NCBI GenBank assembly: GCA_964187785.1
Contig: OZ076409.1
Coordinates: forward strand, 13,952,001 to 14,016,000
Direction of reading: 5' to 3'
DNA: 64,000 nt
Source of the DNA: Amphiscolops sp. MND2022
Taxonomy: Eukaryota
Shown here: positions 12,461 to 24,259 of the stretch, piece after piece
How positions within the stretch are numbered: position 1 is the stretch's first letter
How the letters are laid out: the number at the start of each line of letters is the position of its first letter
Notes under the pieces: model-generated
Database searches by the model: none
What the model was told of the DNA's origin: nothing
Seen by the model: the letters and a program-made list of their open reading frames with translations, nothing else
Made by a program: the position numbers and the translations under genes

Positions 12461-15400
12461 AGATCTTGCACTGAGGTAGTAGCCGCTGGCTCTAGATTTC
12501 TGACTGGGTCCGCCACCATGGTAGGAGATGGGCTGGGGTCGTCGATGGTTACGAGGTTGTTCAGTTCCGATTCAATGTCCGCAGCCTCCTTTTGGGATAT
12601 ACCCGTGTCAGGTTTGTCTTGGGCAGGCGTGGCTCCTCGGGTGGCATGTCGGTAGATAAGTCTTCGTGGTGATTTTTGGGTCTCACCTCAATCGGGCAGG
12701 CTCTCTTCAGGGGGGGGGCGGGTGAGAACTGCCAGGAGCAGTTGCATCTACTTCGCCAGTCGCGCTAGTCACACTTTCCTGTGGGAGTTCAGGTAGGCTG
12801 TCAGCCAGCTCTTGATGTCCATATCGCGTGAATAAGCTCTTGAAGGTCTGAATGCCTCTTCGCTCACCAACTGTCCTCGTTCTTTTTGCCTGCCGTGTAA
12901 CTCGAGGAACATTTCGATCGCGAATCGCGGGTTACTAGGCACCTCTGCACCGATTGGCAGCGTCCTTCTGGTTGGTTCCCGCGCCGCTGAGGGCACTGTG
13001 GTTCTCAGGCGTTGGAATAACTGGTGAAGACAAGCAAGGGGGCCTGAGACAAGCAAAGTTTCTCATTGCAGTTTGGTAAGTAGGACCCCGCTGGGATCCA
13101 TTTGTGCTTACAAAGTGCAGAATAGACAAAGTGGGGAATGCGCAGCCACTCGTAAGGTTTGTGTGGGGTACCTTAGAGCCATGACGGCACCGAAGATCAC
13201 CAAATTATCGGGCCGATTAGGGTGATGAGGTCCTCGGTCTCTACTAGCATAAGAAAAGCCACTTGGGAGGGGAAGAGGAAACCGGATCTCACCCACTGTG
13301 GCTCTCTCCATGGCTTCGACGTATAAGCATAGTCGTTGTTCGTCTAGATCATATTCCGCCTGTACGAAGTTGGGAAGCCAGAATGGAGAGATGTTGTACA
13401 GCAGCACTGGGAATGATTCGCCTAGCCGCTCTGCGACTTGGTTCAGTTAGCAGCTGATGCCACGTCTGATACGTCAGCTTTGGCTCCTTCTCGTTCTGAC
13501 TGGCCAGATCTTGAGCTAGCACTATTAATAGCGCCAGAGTGAAACGCCATTCCTGGCTGCGCATCTAGTGCCACGGCTGTCATAGGGAACACCGTGGTGT
13601 GCATGCGGTCCCCTTTGATTGCTTCTGTAGTCTTGAACAAGGCCACTAGTTCTTTTTGGAATTTCGCCTCAAGCGTCTTTTCGTCAAGCGTGGACTCGCC
13701 TCGTAGCTCGTACCACAGGTTATCTACTAGATTCTCACGTTCATGTCCATTTGGGTCGAGCACTTGGCGTACGCCCATTTCGTCCAAAGATCGGTGCGCC
13801 ATTTGCATTCCGTAGTCGTACGCTGTTGCCTCGTCGATCAGGAGTTGCGAGTTGCCCTTATACCCTGTAGGGCTCTCGACACTTCCGCCAAGAATGCGGG
13901 GTAGGACGCTGCGCATGGGCGCCACGTTGTTGCGCTGATCCTCAGGTTTGGGGCCACTGGGTAGAAACTCAGATTTCTCGCGTATGTGGCCTCCAGCACC
14001 AAGTATAGGAACTGTTGTATGGGTCTTGATAGGAACATGTAGCCTGGGGGCGACATGAAGACAGTTCCGGTGGTAGATTTCTTGTTCTTCATAGTCCTGG
14101 TGATGTTGACATCGTCTCCACGTAGGCTGTAACTTCATCCGTGACGAATCCTTCAGTGAATCTGGGGTGCCCCGGTTCGAAGAATTTCAGTGTCCCCCGC
14201 AGAGCGAGATAATCGAGTACATTGGAATAGACTAGTATGGGAGGAAGAGGTATCGTTTCTGCCGCCGCGGGCGCGAAAATTTTGTCAGTAACCTCTGCCA
14301 TCTCGCTGAGCGAGGTGCAGGGCACGTTCATAACCCGGACGTCCATCAAGGTATTGTTGGTGTTGTATGACGACTTCATGGTTGAGTCGACGAAGAAGGC
14401 TATTCTCGTCTTCTGCAACAGGTCCTTTCCCATGGGTAGCAGAGTGATAGGGTCCCTAGCATAATTTTTGGTCTTCAGGCATTCTTCGTCATACCGACCC
14501 GGGTCGCTGGCGGTTCAATCGGTTCGTCGTTTGCAGGGGCTGTAGATACGTAGAGTTATCCCTCTCTAAGTCCCTTCGTAAGCGGTTGAACCATGGAGGG
14601 CATCCAACGGTTGTGAAAACTGGCTTTTTCACTGGACGGGTGTAGATTACCCCTACGGTTGCCTTACTGGTCGCAACTTCGAATTTCTGTCTGAGGTCTG
14701 CTTTTTCAGTTGTGGCCGGCACCTCACGTTGGAGACGCACTGCGTCTTTTGCCGTTATGTCCAGCTGTTGGTTCTCGGCGGAAGTGAGCCATTCCCGCGT
14801 CATTCTTTGTCTTCTGTTTGCCGGCTGGGTGGGTGAAGGAGCTGGGATTTCTCTATTGGTGTTCGAGCTCGACTGCTCACCCAGGTCTCTAGCTCGTTTG
14901 CCCGCATTGATTTTGTCCCGCAAGTCTATGGGGGAGTTGGCAGCTTTGTTCCCTGCTCTTTGCTGTTGCCGCTGGCGTTCTTGCAGTTGCGGGTCCTTTT
15001 GGAAGCCTACCAGGCGGCTGGGCTCGCTTGTTGGGGTTTCGTCCTCAGATTTGATTGCGTGAGTGCGTCGTACGAGTCTTGGAACGTGACCGTGTTAGTA
15101 GGGCGTGCCTGTTCTTCGCTTTGTATGGTGTTATTAGCGATTGCGTTCACCTGCACCACTCCCCCCTGGAAGGTGGAAGGAGGCATGAAGATTGTAGACG
15201 GTTGAGTTAGTAATCTAATGCCCTCGAATGCCAAAGGCATGGGGGTGTTAGAATTGGTGGCGGTACTGTTGGCAGGGTGCAGCTAAACTGTGTTGACTCT
15301 AATGGGGGAAGGTGGCCATGGCTGGGTGGTTGCATGGTTGCGGGAGAAACTCGAAGTGATCGTTCTTGGTCCATGGGAGGCCTAGTAGGCTCTCCAAATA

Positions 15401-15695
15401 CTATGTGGGACCGCGGGTCAATGAGGTCATGGGTCAAGTCATACCCATGCCAAGTGCCATCACGGAAGCTAGCAGGGCGCTCTAGCGACCCGATGCTGCT
15501 GGTGATGGTAAGGAGAACGTCCGGATGGGCTGCTTGTGATTGCATCTGGGCAATGATCATGGCAAAGCCAGCTATCATCGTGGGGGTAGCCCCATTTTGC
15601 AGTGTTTGTTGAACTAGAGCGAGCTGGTCGACTCGACCATCGATCTCGCCTACTGATGGGGTAGCGCTGGCAGGTGCTGGTTCAGGAGCACGTTG
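12461..15695 (-). pseudogene. Fragmented accessory ORF of element 1 (Pro/Gln-rich region, SGNH-like domain, unknown domain, acidic tail)
   Basis: Chain of abutting minus-strand ORFs (15240, 14923, 14433, 14092/14138, 13407, 13056) ending ...ADQPEE*. The 3' part is repeated at 22902-24178. Confidence 0.6.
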
Positions 15696-17798
15696 CGATG
15701 GTTCTTGGTCACTAACCTCACGGACTGGATTAAAGTAGCGTGGAGCTTTGGGGTCGCGAATAGTGACCATCATAGCCGTTAGGTCCACCAGAACGTTGTA
15801 GGTTCGCAGGAAGTTGCGGCCTAACAGGAAGTCCTCTGTCCCCAAAAGATTGGCGATGACGATGAAGTTCGTCTTTAGCGTATGGCCACCCAGTTGAAAA
15901 CTCACGTTTTCGGCTATGCCAATGGTGTTTATTGTCTTGCCATTGGCGGCGTACATCTGTATGTCGTATGGCAATAGACTCAAGGCATGGGCAGACGCGA
16001 TCTTCTGGTACGCGTTGAGTGAGAGGATGGAGACTCCGGAGCCTGTGTCTATCATCCCGTACAAAGGGATCGGTTCTTGAAGGGTTCTGCCAAAGGCAAC
16101 TACCAAGGAGGCCCTTTCGTCTATGCGAGCTTCACCCTGCGCGTGTTGCACACCAATATTATAACATCGCAACTCCTGGCGGCCTAGGTACAACCCTTGT
16201 GGGAAGTGTCCTTCTATGACCACTATTGCGTCAAATTTCATGTCGACACCATCTACGTTGATAGCGACCGGGACCGGAGAAATTGTTTTGACCTTCTGAA
16301 CGGGCGCCAGTTTGGTCTCGTCTTCCCTAGTGAAATGTGGGAGTGGCCGGGCGGCAATAGTATACTTGGTGTTTCTACACAATTCCTCCTTCAGTTGGGC
16401 CAGTGTCAGCGCAGGGCGCAATTTTTGCTCGGCGGAAAGTAGCCAATGTATAGAAATGAGGGTTTCTGTGCAGTTGGGAGCGGGTGCTTCCAGTGTGGTT
16501 AGCACTTGTTTTTCACCGCAGGTAACTATGATTGAGCGCGATGGGCCACCGGCCTCCGCTACCGAAATCACTCGAATTTGATCTTGTCCCACGCCATCGA
16601 ATTGGTTGGTCTGTAAGGCATACCACGCTGCTCTAATTTGGTCTTCTTGTCTCATGTGTTCCGATGTTTCTGATGCCGAATGCTCAGTGCGGCCACAATT
16701 GATGCAAAAGGCTACGGTTCCTTGCACTGGTAGAGATGCCGGGAAAACCTCGTGATTCATTCCATGCGGCAGTGACGGGCAAGTCCATCCTCCGGATGGG
16801 TTCGTGTGACAGGAGTTTACTTGCTGCTGTAGAGGTTTTCGAGCGCGATCTTTTAGCGGGCAGTCGATTACGAAGTGCGATGGGTCGCCGCAATTGAAAC
16901 ATGCTCTTTGAGGTTGCTGCCGATATGCTGCTGGTTGCTGAGGGGGTGCTTGTTGTAGGTTTTGCGCTGGCGGGGGAGCCGCCGGGGATTGGTTCGGTAC
17001 TTGGTTGGGCTGTTGAGGCTCAGGAGGGACCATCGGATAGTTGTCCGAACGAGAGGAGCCACGCATGCGCAGATATTGCTGAACGGTGAAGCGGAGAGCC
17101 TCCACCGTGGGTGGTGCTTCCACATATTGTTCTGGCGCGTACATAAGCGCAAGATTACGTTTCAGCTCGAAATTGCGCACTCCTTCTATGAATCGTTGCA
17201 TGTTTTCGTATCGTCGAACTGTCACTTCCTCACTGGGGTAGCCTTGGCTGCGCAAGCCTTCGAGGGCATCAAGATACTGCATGTAGTCCTCTTCACTATT
17301 CTGATTATGAGTTCGAAACTGCTGTTGAATGTGGATCTTACTGGACCCGGTTCCGAGTCGGCGCGCTAACAGTGCGAAGATCTTCTCGTCAGTGTCTCTT
17401 TCAGCCTCAGACTTGTTGCTGATGTATTCTCTTGCCTCGCGTTTTAAGTATTCGATGATCGTCCAGGCTTTATCGAGGGGGGTAGCTTTTTCCAGATGGC
17501 GTTTCATCAAAATCATCCATTCATCGGCATTACCATCTTTAGTTCCTCGGTATTTAGTCGGTTTATTCTTGGACTCTTTGACTGCTAGTAGCGGTTCTAA
17601 GCTCTTTGACATAGTCGTCGATATTGCTTCTGCTAGTGCTTGCCGCTGCCTGGTCCTCGGTGTGTCTGGGGTTTCATTATTCATTTCAGGCACTTCCTCT
17701 ACTTCGCCATGGTCTTGTTCCAGATTTCGCTTGGCAGTGATCTTCCGTTGTGTGCTGGTCGCCACTGGCCGTGGGACCGAATCTCTAAACGTTTGCAT
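15207..17798 (-). CDS. gag: Gag core, zinc knuckles and aspartic protease of element 1, fused by deletion to the accessory region
   Basis: Retrotransposon-gag-like core (KYRG...ADEW...), CFNCGDPSHFVIDC knuckle, a second degenerate knuckle CINCGRTEH, and protease IDTGSG...FLLGRNFL. Confidence 0.85.
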   Translation of the reverse strand: MQTFRDSVPRPVATSTQRKITAKRNLEQDHGEVEEVPEMNNETPDTPRTRQRQALAEAISTTMSKSLEPLLAVKESKNKPTKYRGTKDGNADEWMILMKRHLEKATPLDKAWTIIEYLKREAREYISNKSEAERDTDEKIFALLARRLGTGSSKIHIQQQFRTHNQNSEEDYMQYLDALEGLRSQGYPSEEVTVRRYENMQRFIEGVRNFELKRNLALMYAPEQYVEAPPTVEALRFTVQQYLRMRGSSRSDNYPMVPPEPQQPNQVPNQSPAAPPPAQNLQQAPPQQPAAYRQQPQRACFNCGDPSHFVIDCPLKDRARKPLQQQVNSCHTNPSGGWTCPSLPHGMNHEVFPASLPVQGTVAFCINCGRTEHSASETSEHMRQEDQIRAAWYALQTNQFDGVGQDQIRVISVAEAGGPSRSIIVTCGEKQVLTTLEAPAPNCTETLISIHWLLSAEQKLRPALTLAQLKEELCRNTKYTIAARPLPHFTREDETKLAPVQKVKTISPVPVAINVDGVDMKFDAIVVIEGHFPQGLYLGRQELRCYNIGVQHAQGEARIDERASLVVAFGRTLQEPIPLYGMIDTGSGVSILSLNAYQKIASAHALSLLPYDIQMYAANGKTINTIGIAENVSFQLGGHTLKTNFIVIANLLGTEDFLLGRNFLRTYNVLVDLTAMMVTIRDPKAPRYFNPVREVSDQEPSQRAPEPAPASATPSVGEIDGRVDQLALVQQTLQNGATPTMIAGFAMIIAQMQSQAAHPDVLLTITSSIGSLERPASFRDGTWHGYDLTHDLIDPRSHIVFGEPTRPPMDQERSLRVSPATMQPPSHGHLPPLESTQFSCTLPTVPPPILTPPCLWHSRALDY

Positions 17799-19183
17799 TT
17801 GGGACCAGTAATTGCACTAGTGCACGCCGTGTGATAATCCGAGCTTCGTGTAGTCATTCCGCTCGCAGCTGAGTAATAGTCTCCGGTCGTGGATGCTCCG
17901 CGGGCAAAGGGGTCGAAAGAAGAGATGTCGGTCATGGGGTCTGTTCCTGCGTCACGGGAGTCGGCGTGAGCTACTTTCGCCATTTTACTCGTCCTCGCCG
18001 GGTCTATCTTGCATGTTGCGGGCAGTACTAATTTTGGTGGCTTGACTTGCTCGACGCTAGGCTGCACGACTTTCCGGTAGGTAGCTTGCGCGGGCGGGGG
18101 AGCTGCACTGATGGAAGGCATATCGGCTTGATTGACAGCCGAGGTAGCCACTGGCGCCACCTGTGTATGTGCTGCCGCTGTTTGCGACACTATAGCTCTC
18201 ACCCCCAGTGTCAAATCTTTCCTTGTTGTCATCAAGTCCACCATGCGAATGTTGGCATCAGTATCTCGACGCTGCATCATATCCGACATTAGTTTCAAGC
18301 CTTCGTCGGCTTGGCGGTCTCTTTCTTTCATTACAGCGGACATTTCAGCCATGCGAGAGTCTGTCATGTTCTCTCGCTGTTTGATTAGGTCATTCAGGGA
18401 GGAGATGGATGCTTCAAGTCGTTCTTGATTCTGGCGCCCTTCTACTTGTATTTCCAGGAGCCCTTTTCTCATTTCATCCATCTCTCTTATGATAACGTCG
18501 GCTCGCATTGCGTGCTCGCTATTTTCCCGCGCCAGTCGCAAGTGTACTTGTGATAGTTGAGCCAAGCTGTTCCTGGAATCTTTCATAGCCGCTTGCCACT
18601 CTTTTCTAATCTTAGTGACTGTTGAGTCCGGGGCGGTCTCAGCCCTAGCTTTAGAGCTTGGTGTGTAGGTTAACCGCTCCTCATTGCTAGGATCAAAACT
18701 GGGGCACGTCGTTGGCGGCGTCCTGAATGTATATTGCAACGGGTTATCTTCCACCGGCGTTGGTGGGTTATCGGCCGGCTTGCTCAACGCTTTGGTCGGC
18801 GCTCCCGATTGCGCATATCCACTCAGAAAGGGATTTCGGTCTCCGCTACTGATCAATGCATGGGAACTCGGAGGGTTCCTGCAGATCTGTGGCGTTCGGG
18901 GTGTCGCTATTGGAGTTGCGATGTCGCAGTCTTGCGTTACTGCTTCAGTGCTGGTGCTTGGTTCGCATGTGGGCCTATTATTGGAGTTTGGCCAGCCATC
19001 CAAACTGTAGTCAGTGACTTCCAGAGGAGGCCATGCATTACTTTGCATTGTGACTTCAGCACCATCCGCCGGATTGGTACTATCTGGGGAAGCTCGCGAC
19101 GAATTGGGCTGGCTTCCTGCAGCTACCATCTCAATCTTTTGTTCTGAATTGGGAATATAGTCAGACATGAGTTCTGAAAACAT
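17699..19183 (-). CDS. N-terminal Gag extension or ORF1 of element 1 (Pro/Ser-rich plus coiled coil)
   Basis: 494-aa ORF overlapping the gag core ORF in another frame; heptad-rich E/R/M segment. Confidence 0.65.
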   Translation of the reverse strand: MFSELMSDYIPNSEQKIEMVAAGSQPNSSRASPDSTNPADGAEVTMQSNAWPPLEVTDYSLDGWPNSNNRPTCEPSTSTEAVTQDCDIATPIATPRTPQICRNPPSSHALISSGDRNPFLSGYAQSGAPTKALSKPADNPPTPVEDNPLQYTFRTPPTTCPSFDPSNEERLTYTPSSKARAETAPDSTVTKIRKEWQAAMKDSRNSLAQLSQVHLRLARENSEHAMRADVIIREMDEMRKGLLEIQVEGRQNQERLEASISSLNDLIKQRENMTDSRMAEMSAVMKERDRQADEGLKLMSDMMQRRDTDANIRMVDLMTTRKDLTLGVRAIVSQTAAAHTQVAPVATSAVNQADMPSISAAPPPAQATYRKVVQPSVEQVKPPKLVLPATCKIDPARTSKMAKVAHADSRDAGTDPMTDISSFDPFARGASTTGDYYSAASGMTTRSSDYHTACTSAITGPKCKRLEIRSHGQWRPAHNGRSLPSEIWNKTMAK

Positions 19184-21642
19184 AATTCTAACCTTTGGGA
19201 ACTATACCTTTTACTTTCCTCACCATTATTAGCTCAACCATACCCCTACGTCCTCGTCGTGTCAGTAGTGCAACGCCACATAGCGTTCCGACGCCCATAC
19301 TCTGTGGACATGCCGAGGCATGCCCTTCGACGACGTATGCCGAATTTTTTTGTGTTCCTGAGCGCGGTAGCGGCTAGGTAACAAGCGCTTGGCAAGGGGG
19401 TTCGCCCTTCTATTCTCGTTGTCTACTTTCGAACGGGGGAACACGATCTGGGGAAGTGGGAAATTGGTTTGGAGTAGACCTTAGGGTTAGTACGGACAAA
19501 GGCACTGAGTTTTAAACCGATTTTCTGACAAGGCGGTCGGTTCAAGGGTGCGTTACCATATAGTCAACACTGGCCTACTGTTTTGTTTCCCATCTAGACG
19601 CTCCGCGTCCGAAGTCTAAACCTTGAACGTGTCGATAGAAGCACTGCAATACCCTCTGGGTACATGGGGCATTAAACCAGTGCCCACGCAACAAACAGTT
19701 TCACTTGGGTGACTTCGGGAAAGGTCTGGAGGCGAATCTTGATTTTCGGTTTTTCACCTCTATGTCTCGTGGACCGTTTTCTCAGAGACCCGAGATCTTA
19801 GGGTCGGTTTGGCACAAATCAAAATAATTCACCAGGACGTGCTGAGCGTGCCTGGTATGCTAGCGAGGTCGTTTGGGCCCTCACTTGCACGTACACTGAC
19901 AAAAAGTGTGCGATTTGTCTCACAAAATTGCAAAATCAACAATTTTTTCGTCCACAGACAACAAAACCATGATTTACCTGAGGTACCACTTTTTCGGGTC
20001 AAATTTCACAAACATGTCAATTTCCCAGCTTTGGCTAGCCGCTGGCTGCAAAAATGCACAAATAGTCGGGATCTGGTGCCGTACGTACGAAAACGCAAGA
20101 TTTTTAGTGCTGGGATACCTGCAAGGTACTGCACTATGCTCAACTAAAATTCCGTTTTTTGGCAATTTTGTGCACTTTTTGAGCAAAACTGCGGCTAAGA
20201 TTTTTCCACGAGTATTGATGGTAGCGCCACCAAAATCACGCTACTAGCGTAAGTTCTTGCTTTCTACACGATAGTGCAATCTGTTTTTAGCTCCTCCTGC
20301 TAGGAGAGATTTCGACCTAACGAAAAAACGTGGTTACCGAATTACCGAAATGTCGCAAAAATAACGTTTTTGGCAATTTCTCAGCAACCACTGCTCGGAA
20401 TCACTCGCGGTTTTCTGCGTTAGGAACCTTACACTCTATATTAACAGAAAATAGGCAAGCAAAACTTGGTAGGTTCCAAACAAGGTCTCTCAAAAATTTC
20501 TCGAATTGCACTTTTTACACTATCGGAACAGTACTGAAAATACGTATTTTCGCCAAGAACTTGTTCTTTCTTTGTTCTGAGGCGTTGCGATTGGTTCTAT
20601 CAGCAGTGTAGGAAAGTGTAACAGCTTTATTCAGGGGACTGGGGTGATTTCAATAATTAGTTTAGTTTCAATAACACTCAGGCCTATGGGGGTCCTCCAC
20701 TCGGGTCTATTTGTAATGAAAGAAAAGCACTGATAAAGTTTCAATTTATATGGGGGATCGTTAATTACTGTCATGGTAGTAGTGTTTCGTACTATCAAGC
20801 TCGACAATAAAGCTTTTGGGCTGCTCAAAAAGCTTGGGGACTAATGCCCAAGGCGTCGCCCTTGCAAAATTTGGTCGCAAATGGCCAAATGTGACGAGTT
20901 TAAAAAAATTGCTAGACTTTTTGGTGCTTTTTCCAAATATAGCCCAACAAAAGGTTTTGTTCCTGACCTAGTGGAACTGTTGGAACGTTTTTCTAGTATT
21001 CCCACTGGCCATATTCAGTTCTATAAAAATTTGACTGTCAAAATTTGAAAAATCGAGGTTTGAGCTATAAATGGTGTTATTTTCGAAGTTTTCGCGCTCA
21101 AATTTTTCAACAACTGGTTTGAACACCCACTGGGTATTTTTTCCAGTTAGTTTATGTGGGGATAGGCCTGGGAATACGCTTTTTGGGCTGCTACTTATGC
21201 AAAGTAACGATGTAACCCTGTTGACGTCGGGTAGGGGGCAACCAATCGGAGGAAGGAGGTCAGGTCGTGAAGGACGTCACCCCGTCACCACAGCTGGTGG
21301 AAACCTTCAAACTGCGTTCTCGCGGTCCCGATGCATTGCTAATATGCTGAAATAAAGCTACAGAATCCTCTAAAACCAGTTCCGGATAGGCCGGATTAGC
21401 TTACTCAACAGGTATAATGAAAACATAAGGCGTACACTGTCTGAAACTGTCAATTTCTGGTTCTAGACCTCGAAAACATGCAGAAAACGCTAGTACAAAG
21501 GCCAAAGGCTAGAAAAAGATAATAAAAAAATAAAATAAAAGATAAAAAAAATCTAGGACCCTCTGAAAAGCTTTTCGTAGATCCGGACCTTACAGAGCTG
21601 GAAAGCAGGAGTTGCTACTAGTTGGACGTAAAAATGAAAAAT

Positions 21643-21660
21643 GTCCCTCTGTGGTCGCCA
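21643..21660 (-). promoter_or_regulatory. Primer binding site of element 1 (tRNA-Arg-like)
   Basis: Minus-strand TGGCGACCACAGAGGGAC is complementary to a tRNA 3' end (GTCCCTCTGTGGTCGCCA). The isotype is inferred. Confidence 0.75.
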
Positions 21661-21676
21661 TAAAAACTATTCCAGA

Positions 21677-22371
21677 TGTAACGTCCGGCTAGCGGCGCAC
21701 ATCTAGGAAGAAGGAAAATGCCTAGGGTGCTTAAACAGGAGACCGTTGTCTTACTAGAGCCCTAAACACTAGTTTTTGTTCCCAAAATGGTCCCTTTGGG
21801 GACTTTTCTTTCGTCAAAGGAGGCTCCTCTAGTTAGAGCTCCGAGGCAACGTGCCGGCACTCTCAAAGTCCGAACACGCCCCACGAGCCTGTAAAAACGA
21901 ATCCAAGGTTTCTAGCGAGTTCCCGCGACTCCTACATACTTCCGAGGTCCAAAAAGGATGTTTAGCTGAAATACATTGTATTCAGGAAATAGGGACTAAA
22001 ATGAAGAGCTAGTAGGTCAAACATCATCCAAGTACTCCGTAAACGGTGACAAAACACGGGGATAAGCCCCAATAACATTACAGTTCAAGGTTGATCGTCA
22101 GTTTGGCTTCTGGCATGATTCGTCTTTGGGTACTTTCCCAGAGAGATGGTCCATTCCGTCTGTTTTGAGTTTTCGACATCATTTCACTCTTGCTTGCATT
22201 CGTCTTCTCTGACCTTCTTTTTCTTTTCTCGTTATTTTTTGCTGTCTGGTGGCCTCCTTCTTTGTTCATTTTCCCGCACCTGCCAGGTCGGCCATTTTGA
22301 TTGTGCAATTTCGACATCGCATATTTCGAATTTTTCATCGAAATTTTGCCATGCCAGTGGTTGACGTTACA
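21677..22371 (-). repeat. Full LTR (695 bp) shared by two tandem units
   Basis: TGTAACGTC...GACGTTACA termini; PBS on one side and PPT (TCCTCCCC, 22372-22379) on the other. Confidence 0.85.
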
Positions 22372-24180
22372 TCCTCCCCGGGCCGTAGTTTGTCGTCCTC
22401 GGCAAATGAGAGGATCCTTGCACCCAGGGGGTACTTGCGAGATGAACAGCCAATTTCTTATCCGAGCAAAATTCAGTTAATATCGTCCTTTTGAGCATCT
22501 TTTTCGCACAAAGGCTAGCAACTTCAAAAAGGCACCTATTAAAAATGACAATCGGATTAAAAACTCTTTTACAGCCTTGCTACTCCAAGCTAAAATCTCT
22601 TTTCTAAAATGGGCCCCTGCGCGGCCAGAGTATCACAACGGTTTGGTCTTGATAACAGTATTGAATTGCAAACTGAAGTGGAAGGGCACCGACCCGGGAC
22701 CCGCCCACTGGGCATAAACAAAATAAACATTGCATGGATACTTCAAGGTATAATACAGAATACAATACATAGCACTAAACGAAGCGAAACAAAAAGCTTT
22801 AATTTGCAGCACGGGCTTTCCTCGGCACCTTTTGATGAACAGAGTTCAGTTACAGCATCTCAGTAAGTAGTTTTCTTGTTCTAGGGAGCGCTCGCTTGCT
22901 TTTATTCCTCTGGCTGATCCGCGGGCAGATCTTGCACTGAGGAAGTAGCCGCTGGCTCTAGATTTGTGACTGGGTTCGCCACCATGCTAGGAGACGGGCT
23001 GGGGTCGTCGATGGTCAGGAGGTTGTTCAGTTCCGATTCAATGTCGGCAGCCTCCATTTGGGATATACCCGTGTCAGGTTCGTCTTGGGAAGGCGTGGTT
23101 GCACCGGACAGGGCAGAGTTGTCATCAGTCATGGGCTCCTCGGGTGGCATGTCGGTAGATAAGTCTTCGTGGTTTTCTATTTGGGTCGCAGCTCGATCGG
23201 GCAGGCTCCCTTCAGAGGGCGGCGGGTGAGAACTGCCAGGGGCAGTTGCATCTACTTCGCCAGTCGCGCTAGTCACACTTCCCTGGGGGAGTTCAGGTAG
23301 GCTGTCGGCAAGCTCTTGATGTTCATATCGCGTGAATAGGCTCTTGAAGGTCTGAATGCCTCGAGCATAGTCTTCGCTCACCAACTGTCCTCGCACTTTT
23401 TGCCTGCTGTGTAACTCGAGGATATTTCCATCGCGACTCGCGGGTTACTAGGCACCTCTGCACTGAAAGGCAGCGTCCTTCTGGTTGGTTCCCGCACCGC
23501 AGAGGTTACTGTGGTTCCCAGGCGTTGGAATAGCTGGTGAACTGCCAAGTCCACTAGCTCCGGCTCGACCAGCTTGTAGTTGCGTCCAGGATACGGGAAG
23601 TGTGGACGCGGTACTCGGCCCGATTGCAGTATATTCGCGAAGTGTCACATACATATGGGTAGTGCAGCCCACTGGGCGCTTCACCCCGTTTTCTGACGCC
23701 TAATCTCTGCACGATCGTGGCTAAAATTCGCAGGACTACTGGCACATCCCATTCACCAAAGGAATCTACCGCACCCGTTTGCAGATCTATGGGGATATGC
23801 AATCGGGTGGAATTCCACGGGCATGGGGAGAGCGCACCGCGCATGTGCCTGGGTTATTGCCTGTAAAATTATATTCCACCTGTCCTTGATCACCGTATAA
23901 GCCATGGGGGGCCTGAAACAAGCAAAGTTTCTCACTGCAGTTTGGTAAGTAGGACCCCGCTGGGATCCATTTGTACTTACAAAGTGCAGAATATACAAAG
24001 TGGGGGTATGCGCAGCCACTCGTAAGGTTTGTGTGGGGTACCTTAGAGCCATGACGGCACCGAAGATCGGCCAAATTATGGGGGCGATTAGGGGGATGAG
24101 GTCCTCGGTCTCTAGTAGCATAAGAGTAGCCACTTGGGAGGGGAAGAGAAAACCAGGGAGCTGTGTTGAAAGGGACACAC
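22372..24180 (-). mobile_element. 3' internal portion of a second, truncated unit of the element 1 family
   Basis: Diverged copy of 11897-13290 with extra segments (e.g. ~23545-23910); ORFs 23753-24178, 23554-23844 and 22902-23396. Confidence 0.8.
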
Positions 24181-24259
24181 AGGGCGCCGACTTGGGTTGT
24201 TTACGGCCTGCTCATGAGAAAAAGTATCCCGAGAAAAGGGAAGAAGACGAGAACGTCTA

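Larger units (their letters stand above)
11835..22371 (-). mobile_element. Gypsy-type LTR element 1, internally deleted (gag-protease plus accessory ORF; no RT/RH/IN)
   Basis: LTR termini TGTAAC...GTTACA, PBS at 21643-21660, PPT at 11897-11904, CCHC knuckle and DTG protease on the minus strand. Confidence 0.85.
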
